Source of the DNA: Eledone cirrhosa
Lineage: Eukaryota
Assembly: GCA_964016885.1 (NCBI GenBank)
Contig: OZ024740.1
Location: 8,804,001-8,868,000 of the forward strand
Direction of reading: 5' to 3'
DNA: 64,000 bases
The notes under the pieces are model-generated. The model was not told the origin of the DNA. It saw nothing but the letters and a program-made list of their open reading frames with translations, and did not search any database. Numbering within the stretch: the first letter of the stretch is position 1; every line of letters starts with the position of its first letter. The position numbers and the translations under genes were made by a program. Below are positions 15,198 to 25,981 of this stretch, one piece after another.

Positions 15198-18100
15198 ATT
15201 GGTATGTCAGTTTCGATTGGTATATCAGTTTCTGCTGGTATGTCAATTTCGATTAGTATGTCAATTTATATTGGTATATCAGTTTCGATTGGTATGTCAA
15301 TTTATATTGGTATGTCAGTTTCGATTGGTATGTCTATTTCGATTGGTATATCAGTTTCTATTTGTATGTCAGTCTCGATTGATATATCAGTTTTGATTGG
15401 TATATCAGTTTCTATTGGTATATCAGTTCCGATTAGTATATCAGTTTCGATTGGTATGTCAGTTTCTATTGGTATATCAGTTTCGATTGATATTTCAGTT
15501 TTGATTAGTATGTCAGTTTCTATTGGTATGTCAGTTTCGATTAGTATATCAGTTTCTATTGGTATGTCAGTTTCGATTGGTATGTAAGTTTCTATTGGTA
15601 TATCAGTTTCTATTGGTATATCAGTTTATATTTGTATGTCAGTTTCGATTGGTATGTCAGTTTCTACTTGTATATCAGTTTTGATTCGTATGTTAGTTTC
15701 TATTGGTATGTCAGTTCCGATTGGTATGTTAGTCCTCGATTTGTATGTCAGTTTCTATTGGTATATCAATTTCGATTGGTATGTCAGTTTCTATTGGTAT
15801 AACAGTTTCGATTGGTATGTCAATTTCAATTAGTATATCAGTTTCTATTGGTATGTCAGTTTCTATTGGTATATCAATTTCGATTGGTATATCAGTTTCG
15901 ATTAGTATGTCGGTTTCGATTCATACGTCAGTTTCGATTGGTATGTCAGTTTCGATTTGTATGCCAGTTTCGATTGGTATATCAGTTTCGATTAGTATGT
16001 CAGTTTCTATTGGTATATCAGTTTCTATTGGTATGTCAGTTTTGATTGGTATGACAGTTTCTATTGGTATATCAGTTTCGATTGGTATATCAATTTCTAT
16101 TGGCATATCAGTTCCGATTGGTATATCAGTGTCGATTGGTATGTCAGTTTCGATTGGTATATCAGTTTCTATTGGTATGTTAGTTTTGATTGGTATGTCA
16201 GTTTCTATTGGTATATCAGTTTCAATTTGTATATCAGTTTCTATTGGTATGTTAGTTTCTATTGGTATATCAGTTTTGATTGGTATGTTAGTTTCTATTG
16301 GTATGTCAGTTTCGATTAGTATATCAGTTTCTATTTGTACGTCAGTTTCGATTTGTATGTCAATTTCTATTGGTATATCAATTTCGATTGGTAGGTCAGT
16401 TTCTATTGGTATATCAGTTTCTATTTGTATGTCAGTTTTGATTGGTATGTCAGTTTCTATTGGTATATCAGTTTCGATTGGTATATCAGTATCTATTGTT
16501 ATATCAGTTCCGATTGGTATATCAGTTTCGATTAGTATATCAGTTTCTATTGGTATATCAGTACCGATTGGTATATCAGTTTCGATTGGTATGTCAGTTT
16601 CTATTGCTATATCAGTTTCGATTGATATATCAGTTTCGATTAGTATGTCAGTGTCTATTGGTATGTCAGTTTCGATGAGTATATCAGTTTCTATTGGTAT
16701 ATCAGTTTCGATTGGTATGTCAGTTTCTATTGGTTTATCAGTTTAGATTGGTATATCAGTTTCTATTGGTATATCAGTTTCAATTGGTATGTCAGTTTCT
16801 ATTGGTATGTCAGTTTCTATTGGTACGTCAATTTTGATTGGTATATCAGTTCCGATTGGTATGTCAGTTTCTATTGGTATATCAGTTTATATTTGTATGT
16901 CAGTTTCGATTGGTATGTCAGTTTCTACTTGTATATCAGTTTTGATTCGTATGTTAGTTTCTATTGGTATGTCATTTCCGATTGGTATGTTAGTCCTCTA
17001 TTTGTATGTCAGTTTCTATTGGTATATCAATTTCGATTGGTATGTCAGTTTCTATTGGTATATCAGTTTCGATTTGTATGTCAGTTTCAATTAGTATATC
17101 AGTTTCTATTGGTATGTCAGTTTCAATTAGTATATCAGTTTCTATTAGTATATCAGTTTCTATTTGTATGTCAGTTCCGATTTGTATGTTAGTCCTCGAT
17201 TTGTATGTCAGTTTCTATTGGTATATAAGTTTCGATTGGTATGTCAATTTCTATTGGTATGTCAGTTTCTATTGGTATGTCAGTTTCAATTGGTATATCA
17301 GTTTCAATTGGTATGTCAGTTTTATTGGTATTTCAATTTCGATTGGTATATCAGTTTCGATTGGTATGTCAGTTTCTATTGGTACATCAGTTCATATTTG
17401 TATGTCAGTTTCGATTGGTATGTCAGTTTCTATTGGTATATCAGTGTTGATTGTTATATCAGTTTCGATTGGTATATCAATTTCTATGTGTATATCAGTT
17501 CCGATTGGTATATCAGTTTCGATTGGTATGTCAGTTTTGATTGGTATGTCAGTTTCTATTGGTTTATCAGTTTCTATTGGTATATCAGTTTCTATTGGTA
17601 TGTTAGTTTCTATTGGTATATCAATTTTGATTGGTATGTTAGCTTCTATTGGTATGTCAGTTTCGATTAGTATATCAGTTTATATTGGTATGTCAGTTTC
17701 GATTTGTATGTTAGTCCTCGATTTGTATATCAATTTCTATTGGTATATTAATTTCGATTGGTAGGTCAGTTTCTATTGGTATATCAGTTTCTATTGGTAT
17801 GTCAGTTTTGATTGGTATATCAGTTTCTTTTGTTATATCAGTTCCAATTGGGATATCAGTTTCGATTAGTATATCAGTTTTTATTGGTATATCAGTCCCG
17901 ATTGGTATATCAGTTTCGATTGGTATGTCAGTTTCTATTGGTATATCAGTTTCGATTGATATATCAGTTTCGATTAGTATATCAGTTTCTATTGGTATGA
18001 CAGTTTCAATTAGTATATCAGTTTCTATTGGTATATCATTTTCGATTGGTATGTTAGTTTCTACTGGTATGTAAGTTTATATTTGTATGTCTGTTTTGAT

Positions 18101-20260
18101 TGTTATGTCAGTTTGGATTGGTATGTCAGTTTTATTGGTATGTTAGTTTCGATTGGTATATCAGTTTCGATTGGTATGTCAGTTTTATTGGTATGTCAAT
18201 TTCAATTGGTATATCAGTTTCGATTGGTATGTCAGTTTCTATTGGTATATCAGTTTATATTTGCATGTCAGTTTCGATTGGTATGTCAGTTTTATTGGTA
18301 TGTCAATTTCAATTGGTATATCAGTTTCAATTCGTACGTCAGTTTCTATTGTTATATCAATTTCGATTGGTATGTCAGTTTCTATTGCTCTGTTAGTTTC
18401 TATTGGTATATCAGTTTCTATTGGTATGTCAATTTTGATTGGGATGTCAGTTTCTATTGGTATATCAGTTTCGATTGGTATATCAGTTTCTATTGGTATA
18501 TCTGTTCCGATTGGTCTATCAGTTTCGATTGGTATGTCAGTTTCGATTAGTATATCAGTTTCTATTGGTATGTCAGTTATGATTGGTATGTCAGTTTCTA
18601 TTAGTATATCAGTTTCTATTGGTATATCAGTTTCTATTGGTATGTCAGTTTCTATTGGTATGTTACTTTCTATTGGTATGTTAGTCCTCGTTTTGTATGT
18701 CAATTTCTATTGGTATATCAATTTCGATTGGTATGTCAGTTTCGATTTGTATATCAGTTTCGATTCGTTTGTCAGTTTCGATTGGTATGTCAGTTTCGAT
18801 TGGTATGTCAGTTTCGATTTGTATGTCAGTTTCGATTAGTATGTCAGTATCTATTGGTATGTCGGTTTCCATTGGTATATCAGTTTCAATTGGTATGTCA
18901 GTTTCTATTTGTATATCAGTTTCTATTGGTATGTCAGTTTTGATAGGTATGTCAGTTTCTATTGGTATATCAGTTTTGATTAGTATATCAGTTTCTATTG
19001 GTATATCAGTTCCGATTGGTATATCAGTTTCAATTGGTATATCAGTTTCTATTGGTATATCAGTTTCGATTGATATACCAGTTTCGATTAGTATGTCTGT
19101 TTCTATTGGTATGTCAGTATCGATTAGTATATCAGTTTCTATTGGTATGCCAGTTTCGATTGGTATGTCAGTTTCTAATGGTATATCAGTTTCGATTGGT
19201 ATATCAGTTTCGATTGGTATATCAGTTTCGATTGGTATGTCAGTTTATATTGGTATGTGAGTTTCTATTGGTATGTCACTTTCAATTGGTATATCAGTTT
19301 CGATTGATATGTCAGTTTTATTGGTATGTCAATTTCGATTGGTATATCAGTTTCGATTGGTATGTCAGTCTCTATTGGTATATCAGTTTATATTTGTACA
19401 TCAGTTTCGATTGGTATGTCAGTTTCTATTGGTATATCAGTTTTGATTGTTATGTTAGTTTCTATTGGTATGTCAGTTCCGATTGGTATGTTAGTCCTCG
19501 ATTCGTATGTCAGTTTCTATTGGTATATCAATTTCTATTGGTTTGTCAGTTTTGATTGGTATGTCAGTTTCTATTGGTATATCAGTTTCGATTGGTATAT
19601 CAGTTTCTATTGTTATTTCAGTTCCGATTGGTATATCAGTTTCGATTAGTATATCAGTTTCTATTGGTATATCAGTCCCGATTGGTATATCAGTTTTGAT
19701 TGGTATGTCAGTTTCTATTGGTATATCAGTCTCGATTGATATATCAGTTTCAATTAGTATGTCAGTTTCTATTGGTATGTCAGTTTCGATTAGTATGTCA
19801 GTTTCTATTGGTATATCAGTTTCGATTGGTATGTCAGTTTCTATTGGTATATCAGGTTCGATTGGTATATCAGTTTCGATTGGTATATAAGTTGCGATTG
19901 GTATGTCAGTTTCTATTGGTATGTCAGTTTCTATTGGTATATCGATTTCGATTGGTAGGTCAGTTTCTATTGGTATGTCAGTTTCTATTGGTATATCAGT
20001 TTCTATTTGTATGTCAGTTTTGATTGGTATGTCAGTTTCTATTGGTATATCAGTTTCGATTGGTATGTTAGTTTCTATTGTTATGTCAGTTTCGATTAGT
20101 ATATCACTTTCTATTGGCATGTCAGTTTCGATTGGTATGTCAGTTTCGATTGGTATGTCAGTTTCTATTGGTATATCAGTTTCGATTGGTTTGTCAGTTT
20201 TGATTGGTATGTCAGTTTCTATTATTATATTGGTATCGTCATCATCATCATCAGGTTTAG

Positions 20261-20293
20261 CGTCCGTGTTCCACGCTTGCATGGGTTTGGACG
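20261..20293 (-). promoter_or_regulatory. Predicted 3'-terminal stem-loop of RTE RNA (candidate RT recognition signal)
   Basis: Minus strand reads CGTCC-AAAC-CCATG-CAAG-CGTGG-AACAC-GGACG, nested inverted repeats just upstream of the (GAT)n tail. Identical in the stub at 25916-25948. Confidence 0.6.
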
Positions 20294-20337
20294 GGGGTTT
20301 TCTCACTTGAGGCAAGAGTGATTGTCTTGCTCGCATA

Positions 20338-20680
20338 GGACTGTCTGGCGGGTTTTCTACAGTTGGATGCCCTTCCTAACAGCAACCACATTTACAGTGT
20401 GGGGCTGGGAGGTTTTTACCGTGTTGCCTACACGGCCACATCACAGCGTGGACTGTCTGGCGGGTTTTCTACAGCTGGATTCCCTTCCTAACACCAACCA
20501 CATTTACAGTGTGGGTCTGGGAGGTTTTTACCGTGTTGCCTACACGGCCACATTACAGCGTGGACTGTCTGGCGGGTTTTCTACAGCTGGATTCCCTTCC
20601 TAACACCAACCACATTTACAGTGTGGGTCTGGGAGGTTTTTACCGTGTTGCCTACACGGCCACATTACAGCATGGACTGT
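20338..20680. repeat. Three tandem copies of a 112-bp unit in the RTE 3'UTR
   Basis: Unit ggactgtctggcgggttttctacag...cacattacagcgt starts at 20338, 20450 and 20562, with a 7-bp remnant at 20674. Copies 2 and 3 are nearly identical. Confidence 0.97.
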
Positions 20681-20850
20681 GTGTTTTTTGTCGTGACACC
20701 TACACTATCTCTCATTTGTTTCGGCCTGGATGTTGTGGGACCAACATAACTGTACATTGAAAGGGGCGGTGTGGATGGGTTGGAGGTGGTGGGATGGGGG
20801 GGGGGGTTGATAGAGATGCCTACTGACTGTAGTAGGTTTTTACTTTGTAT

Positions 20851-23751
20851 TTAGGTAAGGCGGGTCTTCTCTATTACTGAGTACCGCCAAAGGTCTCGGT
20901 CCAGTGACATTGTCTTGGAGAGGTGTAAGCATGTGAGGTCGGAATTTATCAGCTCGTCCCATGTTTTTCTGGGTCTGCCTACTCCGTGGCTACCGTCTAT
21001 CTTTATTGCCCTGCACTTTGTTATACAGCTGTCGTCTTTCATGCGCATCACGTGACCGTACCAACGTAGCCTTCTCTCGAGTAAACAACATCTGATCCCT
21101 CTTATTTCTAATTTTTTCCTTAGTTTGTTTATGCTTTGCCGTTCACGTATATTACTATTGCACATCCAGCGGAGCATGCAAGCTTCGTTCCTCTCTAGTC
21201 TGCATATATCCTCTGCACACAATGCCCGGGTCTCACTGCCATGCAGCATTGCTGTTCGTATGCAGGCATCGTATAACCTGCCTTTCATTTTTAGGGAGAA
21301 CCCTCTAGCGGCAAATAGTGGTATAAGCTCTCTGAACTTTTTCCATCCAGTTCTGACTCTAGCTACTGTACTTTCAGAGCACCCTCCCCCACTGCTGATT
21401 TTGTCACCCAGGTAACGGAAGCTGTCCACTATTTCTATAGAACCCTCTGCGCAGTTGAAGGAGCTAGTATTTTGTGTGCACTTGCTGCTACTTATTGCAC
21501 CAGAGCACCGGCCACATGTAAAATCTATGTTCTTAGTTAGCTTACCTGTGATCCCACTACATCTTTTATGCACCCATACTTTGCATTTGGGACATAAAAT
21601 GGAGTTTCTACCTACGCCTTTCCTACACACTGAGCATGGCCATTTCCCAGATGGGACTGCCGCCATATTTTCTTTCCTACAAACTAGAACTTTTGTCTTA
21701 GCCAGGTTAATTTTAAGGCCTTTTGATTCTAGGCCGTGCTTCCATGTTTGGAATTTCTTCTCTAGTTCGGTCATTGATTCAGCTATGAACGTTAGATCAT
21801 CTGCGTATAGGAGTTCCCATGGGCAGCCGGTCTTGAACTCCTCTGTTATAGCCTGAAGGGCAATAATAAATAGTAGGGGGCTAAGAACAGAGCCCTGATG
21901 GACACCAACTTTCACGCTAAACTCTTCACTATATTCGTTGTTAATTCTAACCTTACTGACTGTTTCTTTATACATGGCTTGTATAGCTCTCACAAGCCAT
22001 TCGTCAACACTTAGTTTTCTAAGAGACCACCAGATAATGGAACGGGGGACTCTGTCGAAGGCTTTCTCCAAGTCGACGAAAGCTAAGTATAGGGGTTTAC
22101 TTTTAGCTAGGTACTTCTCCTGTAGTTGTCGTACAATGAAAAGAGCGTCTGTGGTACTTTTGCCTGACACAAATCCGAACTGCATTTCATCTAGTTCAAT
22201 TCTCTCTCTGATTAGTTGCGCTATTACTTTTTCCGTGACCTTCATGACCTGGTCGATTAATTTAATGCCTCTATAGTTACTCCTATCTAGGGCATCTACT
22301 TTTCCCTTATAGCAGTTGACGATGATGCTGCTACGCCAGTCCTTCGGAACAACCCCATTCTGTACGACTTGGTTAACTATCCGGGTGACCATGGTGTGTC
22401 CCACCGAACCAGATGCCTTCAGCATCTCAGCAACTATTTCCGAAGGACCAGCCGCCTTACCCGTCTTCATATCTTTGATTGCCTTGCTTATTGTACTACC
22501 CTGGACTAACACTGCTGGTCCCTCTATTGGGTCGATGTGGGGGAGACTGTCTTTCTCCCATTTGTTCTCCTCATTTAGAAGCCTTTCGTAGTGACACTTC
22601 CAAGATACCTTCTTATCAGCGTCGGTGATGGCAAGTATGCCATCATCGTTAAGCACACACTTCTCCCCGACAATATCACGGTTTACCTTGACACATTGCC
22701 TGGCAATCCTGAACACCTCACGTTTTTGGTCCTCACGTTGTAGAACATGCTTGAACTTTCTTTCCTCTGCTTCCCTTCTTGCGAAGTACACTTGTCTCCT
22801 AGCTTCCCTCCTGGCCACCTGATAGTCTTCTCTACTTCCCCCATCCCGCCATGCTTTCCAAGCCTGCTTTTTGCCCTTAATTGACTCCTCCACCTTACTG
22901 TTCCACCACCATTTAACTCTTCCCCTGCCTACAGGCCTGCTCCAGCCACAGACTTCATCTGCCGCCGTCAGCAGGTTTGCTCTCAGGAATTCCCACTGTT
23001 CCTCTATATTATACGACTCTAATTGCTCTTCCTTACTGTCGAAAGCGTCAAGTAATATGCTTTGAAATTTATTTCTGGCTATGGGGTCCTTTAGCTTCCA
23101 TATTTTTCTCCTGAGGATAGTCCTCTTCCGCTGTCTAGTATGTCTCGTCCTGACTATGAGGTCGCTAATTATCAGTCTATGTTGGGAGGTGAATTCTTCA
23201 TGGGGGAGGGATTTAGTGTTAACAACAGACACTCTGTCACGTCTTCTGGTAAGGATATAATCTACCTGGCTTGTGTGTTCCCCGGATCTATAGGTGATCA
23301 AGTGATTGTCTCGTTTTTTGAAGTTAGTGTTACAGATAGTTAAGTTTTTTGCGTCGCAGAATTCCAGGATTCTGGAGCCTTCCTCATTTCTAGTACCGAA
23401 CCCATAGACTCCATGGATTCCATCATAGCCGTCACAATGCTGTCCAACGTGACCATTTAGGTCGCCTGCAATAACTATATAGTCACTGTCGGTTACTTGG
23501 GAGGTAGCGAGCATCAGTGTCTCGTAGAATCTGTCTTTTATAGCACCGGGCAGTCCGGATTGTGGTGCGTACGCAGTTATTACTGTCACAGTAGTTCTAT
23601 TGAGGACAAGTCTTATTTTAATTATTCTGTCGTTCACTCTATTTACGTCTATTATCTTATCTGCCCAATTTTCTGCTACCATGATTCCTACCCCACCCAA
23701 CCCATTGTCATTTCCCACCCAGAAAAGCTTATAGCATCGTTCTTTACCCAC
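20851..23751 (-). CDS. RTE polyprotein: APE endonuclease + reverse transcriptase with inserted PHD finger (966-aa open part, true N-terminus disrupted)
   Basis: APE motifs GVGI, YAPQ, GDLNGH, QVDYIL, SQH. RT motifs NYRGIKL, QFGF, FVDLEKAFDRVP, GVHQGSVLSPLLF, YADD, FRYLG. RTE-type C-terminus RRLRWYGHVMR...GRPRKTW. Confidence 0.93.
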   Translation of the reverse strand: MGKERCYKLFWVGNDNGLGGVGIMVAENWADKIIDVNRVNDRIIKIRLVLNRTTVTVITAYAPQSGLPGAIKDRFYETLMLATSQVTDSDYIVIAGDLNGHVGQHCDGYDGIHGVYGFGTRNEEGSRILEFCDAKNLTICNTNFKKRDNHLITYRSGEHTSQVDYILTRRRDRVSVVNTKSLPHEEFTSQHRLIISDLIVRTRHTRQRKRTILRRKIWKLKDPIARNKFQSILLDAFDSKEEQLESYNIEEQWEFLRANLLTAADEVCGWSRPVGRGRVKWWWNSKVEESIKGKKQAWKAWRDGGSREDYQVARREARRQVYFARREAEERKFKHVLQREDQKREVFRIARQCVKVNRDIVGEKCVLNDDGILAITDADKKVSWKCHYERLLNEENKWEKDSLPHIDPIEGPAVLVQGSTISKAIKDMKTGKAAGPSEIVAEMLKASGSVGHTMVTRIVNQVVQNGVVPKDWRSSIIVNCYKGKVDALDRSNYRGIKLIDQVMKVTEKVIAQLIRERIELDEMQFGFVSGKSTTDALFIVRQLQEKYLAKSKPLYLAFVDLEKAFDRVPRSIIWWSLRKLSVDEWLVRAIQAMYKETVSKVRINNEYSEEFSVKVGVHQGSVLSPLLFIIALQAITEEFKTGCPWELLYADDLTFIAESMTELEKKFQTWKHGLESKGLKINLAKTKVLVCRKENMAAVPSGKWPCSVCRKGVGRNSILCPKCKVWVHKRCSGITGKLTKNIDFTCGRCSGAISSSKCTQNTSSFNCAEGSIEIVDSFRYLGDKISSGGGCSESTVARVRTGWKKFRELIPLFAARGFSLKMKGRLYDACIRTAMLHGSETRALCAEDICRLERNEACMLRWMCNSNIRERQSINKLRKKLEIRGIRCCLLERRLRWYGHVMRMKDDSCITKCRAIKIDGSHGVGRPRKTWDELINSDLTCLHLSKTMSLDRDLWRYSVIEKTRLT

Positions 23752-23900
23752 AATGAATCTAGCCGACCCTCCCCTCCACCTGGTCTCTTGAATACAACAA
23801 ACATCGACCTCCTTACGTTAAAGCATTTCATTTCTACAACCTCGTTAGAGCGACCCTTTAAGGTGCCTACATTCATGGTACCAACTCTGAAGTTTTGGAT
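23752..23900 (-). pseudogene. Disrupted N-terminus of the RTE endonuclease (frameshift plus nonsense codon)
   Basis: FRVGTMNVGTLKGRSNEVVEM lies in one frame. A 5-bp duplication (atttc twice, 23825-23834) separates it from L*RKEVDVCCIQETRWRG, which is in frame with the main ORF and has TAA at 23820-23818. Confidence 0.85.
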
Positions 23901-24015
23901 TGCGTTTGGAGGGTGGGAGCGGGGGGGGGGGGGGATGGGGTTATGTTAGCCATCCTTATCCGAAACAAGGCGGAGTGCTTGCGTTCTCGTCCACGAGGTG
24001 AATTTGTCTTTAATA

Positions 24016-25911
24016 TGGTATGTGAGTTTAAATTGGTATATCAGTTTCTATTGGTATATCAGTTCCGATTGGTATATCAGTTTCGATTGGTATATCAGTT
24101 TCTATTGGTATATCAGTTCCGATTGGTATATCAGTTTCAATTGGTATGTCAGTTTCTATTGGTATATCAGTTTCGATTGATATATCAGTTTCGATTAGTA
24201 TGTCAGTTTCTATTGGTATGTCAGTTTCGATTAGTATATCAGTTTCTATTGGTATGTCAGTTTCGATTGGTATGTCAGTTTCTATTGGTATGTCACTTTC
24301 AGTTGGTATATCAGTTTCGATTGATATGTCAGTTTTATTGGTATGTCAATTTCGATTGGTATATCAGTTTCGATTGGTATGTCAGTCTCTATTGGTATAT
24401 CAGTTTATATTTGTATGTCAGTTTCGATTGGTATGTCAGTTTCTATTGGTATATCAGTTTTGATTGGTATGTTAGTTTCTATTGGTATGTCAGTTCCGAT
24501 TGGTATGTTAGTCCTCGATTCGTATGTCAGTTTCTATTGGTATATCAATTTCGATTGGTATGTCAGTTTCTAATGGTATGTCAGTTTCTATTGGTATATA
24601 AGTTTCAATTTATACGTCAGTTTCGATTAGTATATCAGTTTCTATTGGTATGTCAGTTTTGATTGGTATGTTAGTTTCTATTGGTATATCAGTTTCGATT
24701 GGTATATCAGTTTCTTTTGGTATATCATTACCGATTGGTATATCAGTTTCTATTGGTATATCATTTTCGATTGATATATCAGTTTCGATTAGTATGTCAG
24801 TTACTATTGGTATGTCAGTTTCGATGAGTATATCAGGTTCTATTGGTATATCAGTTTCGATTGGTATGTCAGTTTCTATTGGTATATCAGTTCCGATTGG
24901 TATATCAGTTTCGATTGGTATATCAGTTTCTATTGGTATATCAGTTCCGATTGGTATATCAGTTTCAATTGGTATGTCAGTTTCGATTGGTATATCAGTT
25001 TCTATTGGTATGTCAGTTTCGATTGGTATGTCAGTTTCTATTGGTATGTCAGTTTCGATTAGTATATCAGTTTCTATTGGTATGTCAGTTTCGATTGGTA
25101 TGTCAGTTTCTATTGGTATATCAGTTTTGATTGGTATATCAGTTTTGATTGGTATATCAGTTTCGATTGGTATGTCAGTTTCGATTAGTATATCAGTTTC
25201 TATTGGTATGTCAGTTTCGATTGGTATGTTAGTCGTCGATTTGTATGTCAGTTTCTATTGGTATATCAATGTCTATTGGTATGTCAGTTTCTATTGGTAT
25301 GTCAGTTTCTATTGGTATATCAATTTCGATTGGTATATCAGTTTCGATTCGTATGTCAATTTCGATTGGTATGTCAGTTTCGATTGGTATATCAGTTTCG
25401 ATTGATATATCAGTTTCCATTGGTATATCGGTTTCCATTGGTATATCAGTTTCTATTGGTATGTCAGTTTCGATTGGTATGTCAGTTTCTATTGCTATAT
25501 CAGTTTCGGTTAGTATATCACTTTCTATTGGCATGTCAGTTTCGATTGGTATGTCAGTTTCGATTGGTATGTCAGTTTCTATTGGTATATCAGTTTCGAT
25601 TGGTATGTCAGTTTTGATTGGTATGTCAGTTTCTATTATTATATCAGTTTCTATTGGTATGTGAGTTTAAATTGGTATATCAGTTTCTATTGGTATATCA
25701 GTTCCGATTGGTATATCAGTTTCGATTGGTATATCAGTTTCTATTGGTATATCAGTTCCGATTGGTATATCAGTTTCAATTGGTATGTCAGTTTTGATTG
25801 GTATATCAGTTTCTATTGGTATGTCAGTTTCGATTGGTATGTCAGTTTTATTGGTATGACAATTTCGATTGGTAAATCACTTTCGATTGGTATGTCAGTT
25901 TCTATTTGTAT
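24016..25911 (+). repeat. 18-bp satellite array, segment 2
   Basis: Same monomer and orientation as segment 1. Confidence 0.99.
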
Positions 25912-25981
25912 CCCCCGTCCAAACCCATGCAAGCGTGGAACACGGACGTTAAACGTTGATGATGATGATCATGATGATGAT
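25912..25981 (+). mobile_element. 70-bp 5'-truncated RTE (or RTE-dependent SINE) 3' end
   Basis: cccccgtccaaacccatgcaagcgtggaacacggacgttaaacgtt(gat)n is nearly the reverse complement of 20237-20297. Empty site ctatttgtat|atcagtttcttttg at 27701-27724. TSD is 0-2 bp. Confidence 0.93.

Larger units (their letters stand above)
1..20236 (+). repeat. 18-bp satellite array, segment 1 (consensus ATTGGTATRTCAGTTTCK), continues beyond window start
   Basis: Uninterrupted head-to-tail monomers such as attggtatgtcagtttcg and attggtatatcagtttct, with occasional 17-mers (attggtatgtcagtttt) and 19-mers (attggtatgttagtcctcg). Every ORF translation has a six-residue period. Confidence 0.99.
20237..24015 (-). 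mobile_element. RTE-clade non-LTR retrotransposon (LINE), near full length, probably inactivated
   Basis: Single APE+RT ORF. (GAT)n tail at 20235-20253. Target duplication TGGTAT at 20231-20236 and 24016-24021. The satellite resumes in register with the empty-site paralogue at 25635-25670. Confidence 0.95.

Noticed and set aside
21125-23949. Plus-strand ORFs antisense to the RTE (and minus-strand ORFs within the CR1)
   Set aside because: Shadow ORFs of the real coding strand with no recognisable motifs.
23940-24015. HDV-like ribozyme at the RTE 5' end (ACCTCGT loop, CCTTGT..ATAAGG hairpin, GCTAA)
   Set aside because: P1, P1.1 and P2 pairings could not be built by eye. An RNArobo/Infernal search on the full-length consensus would be needed, and this copy may be 5'-truncated.
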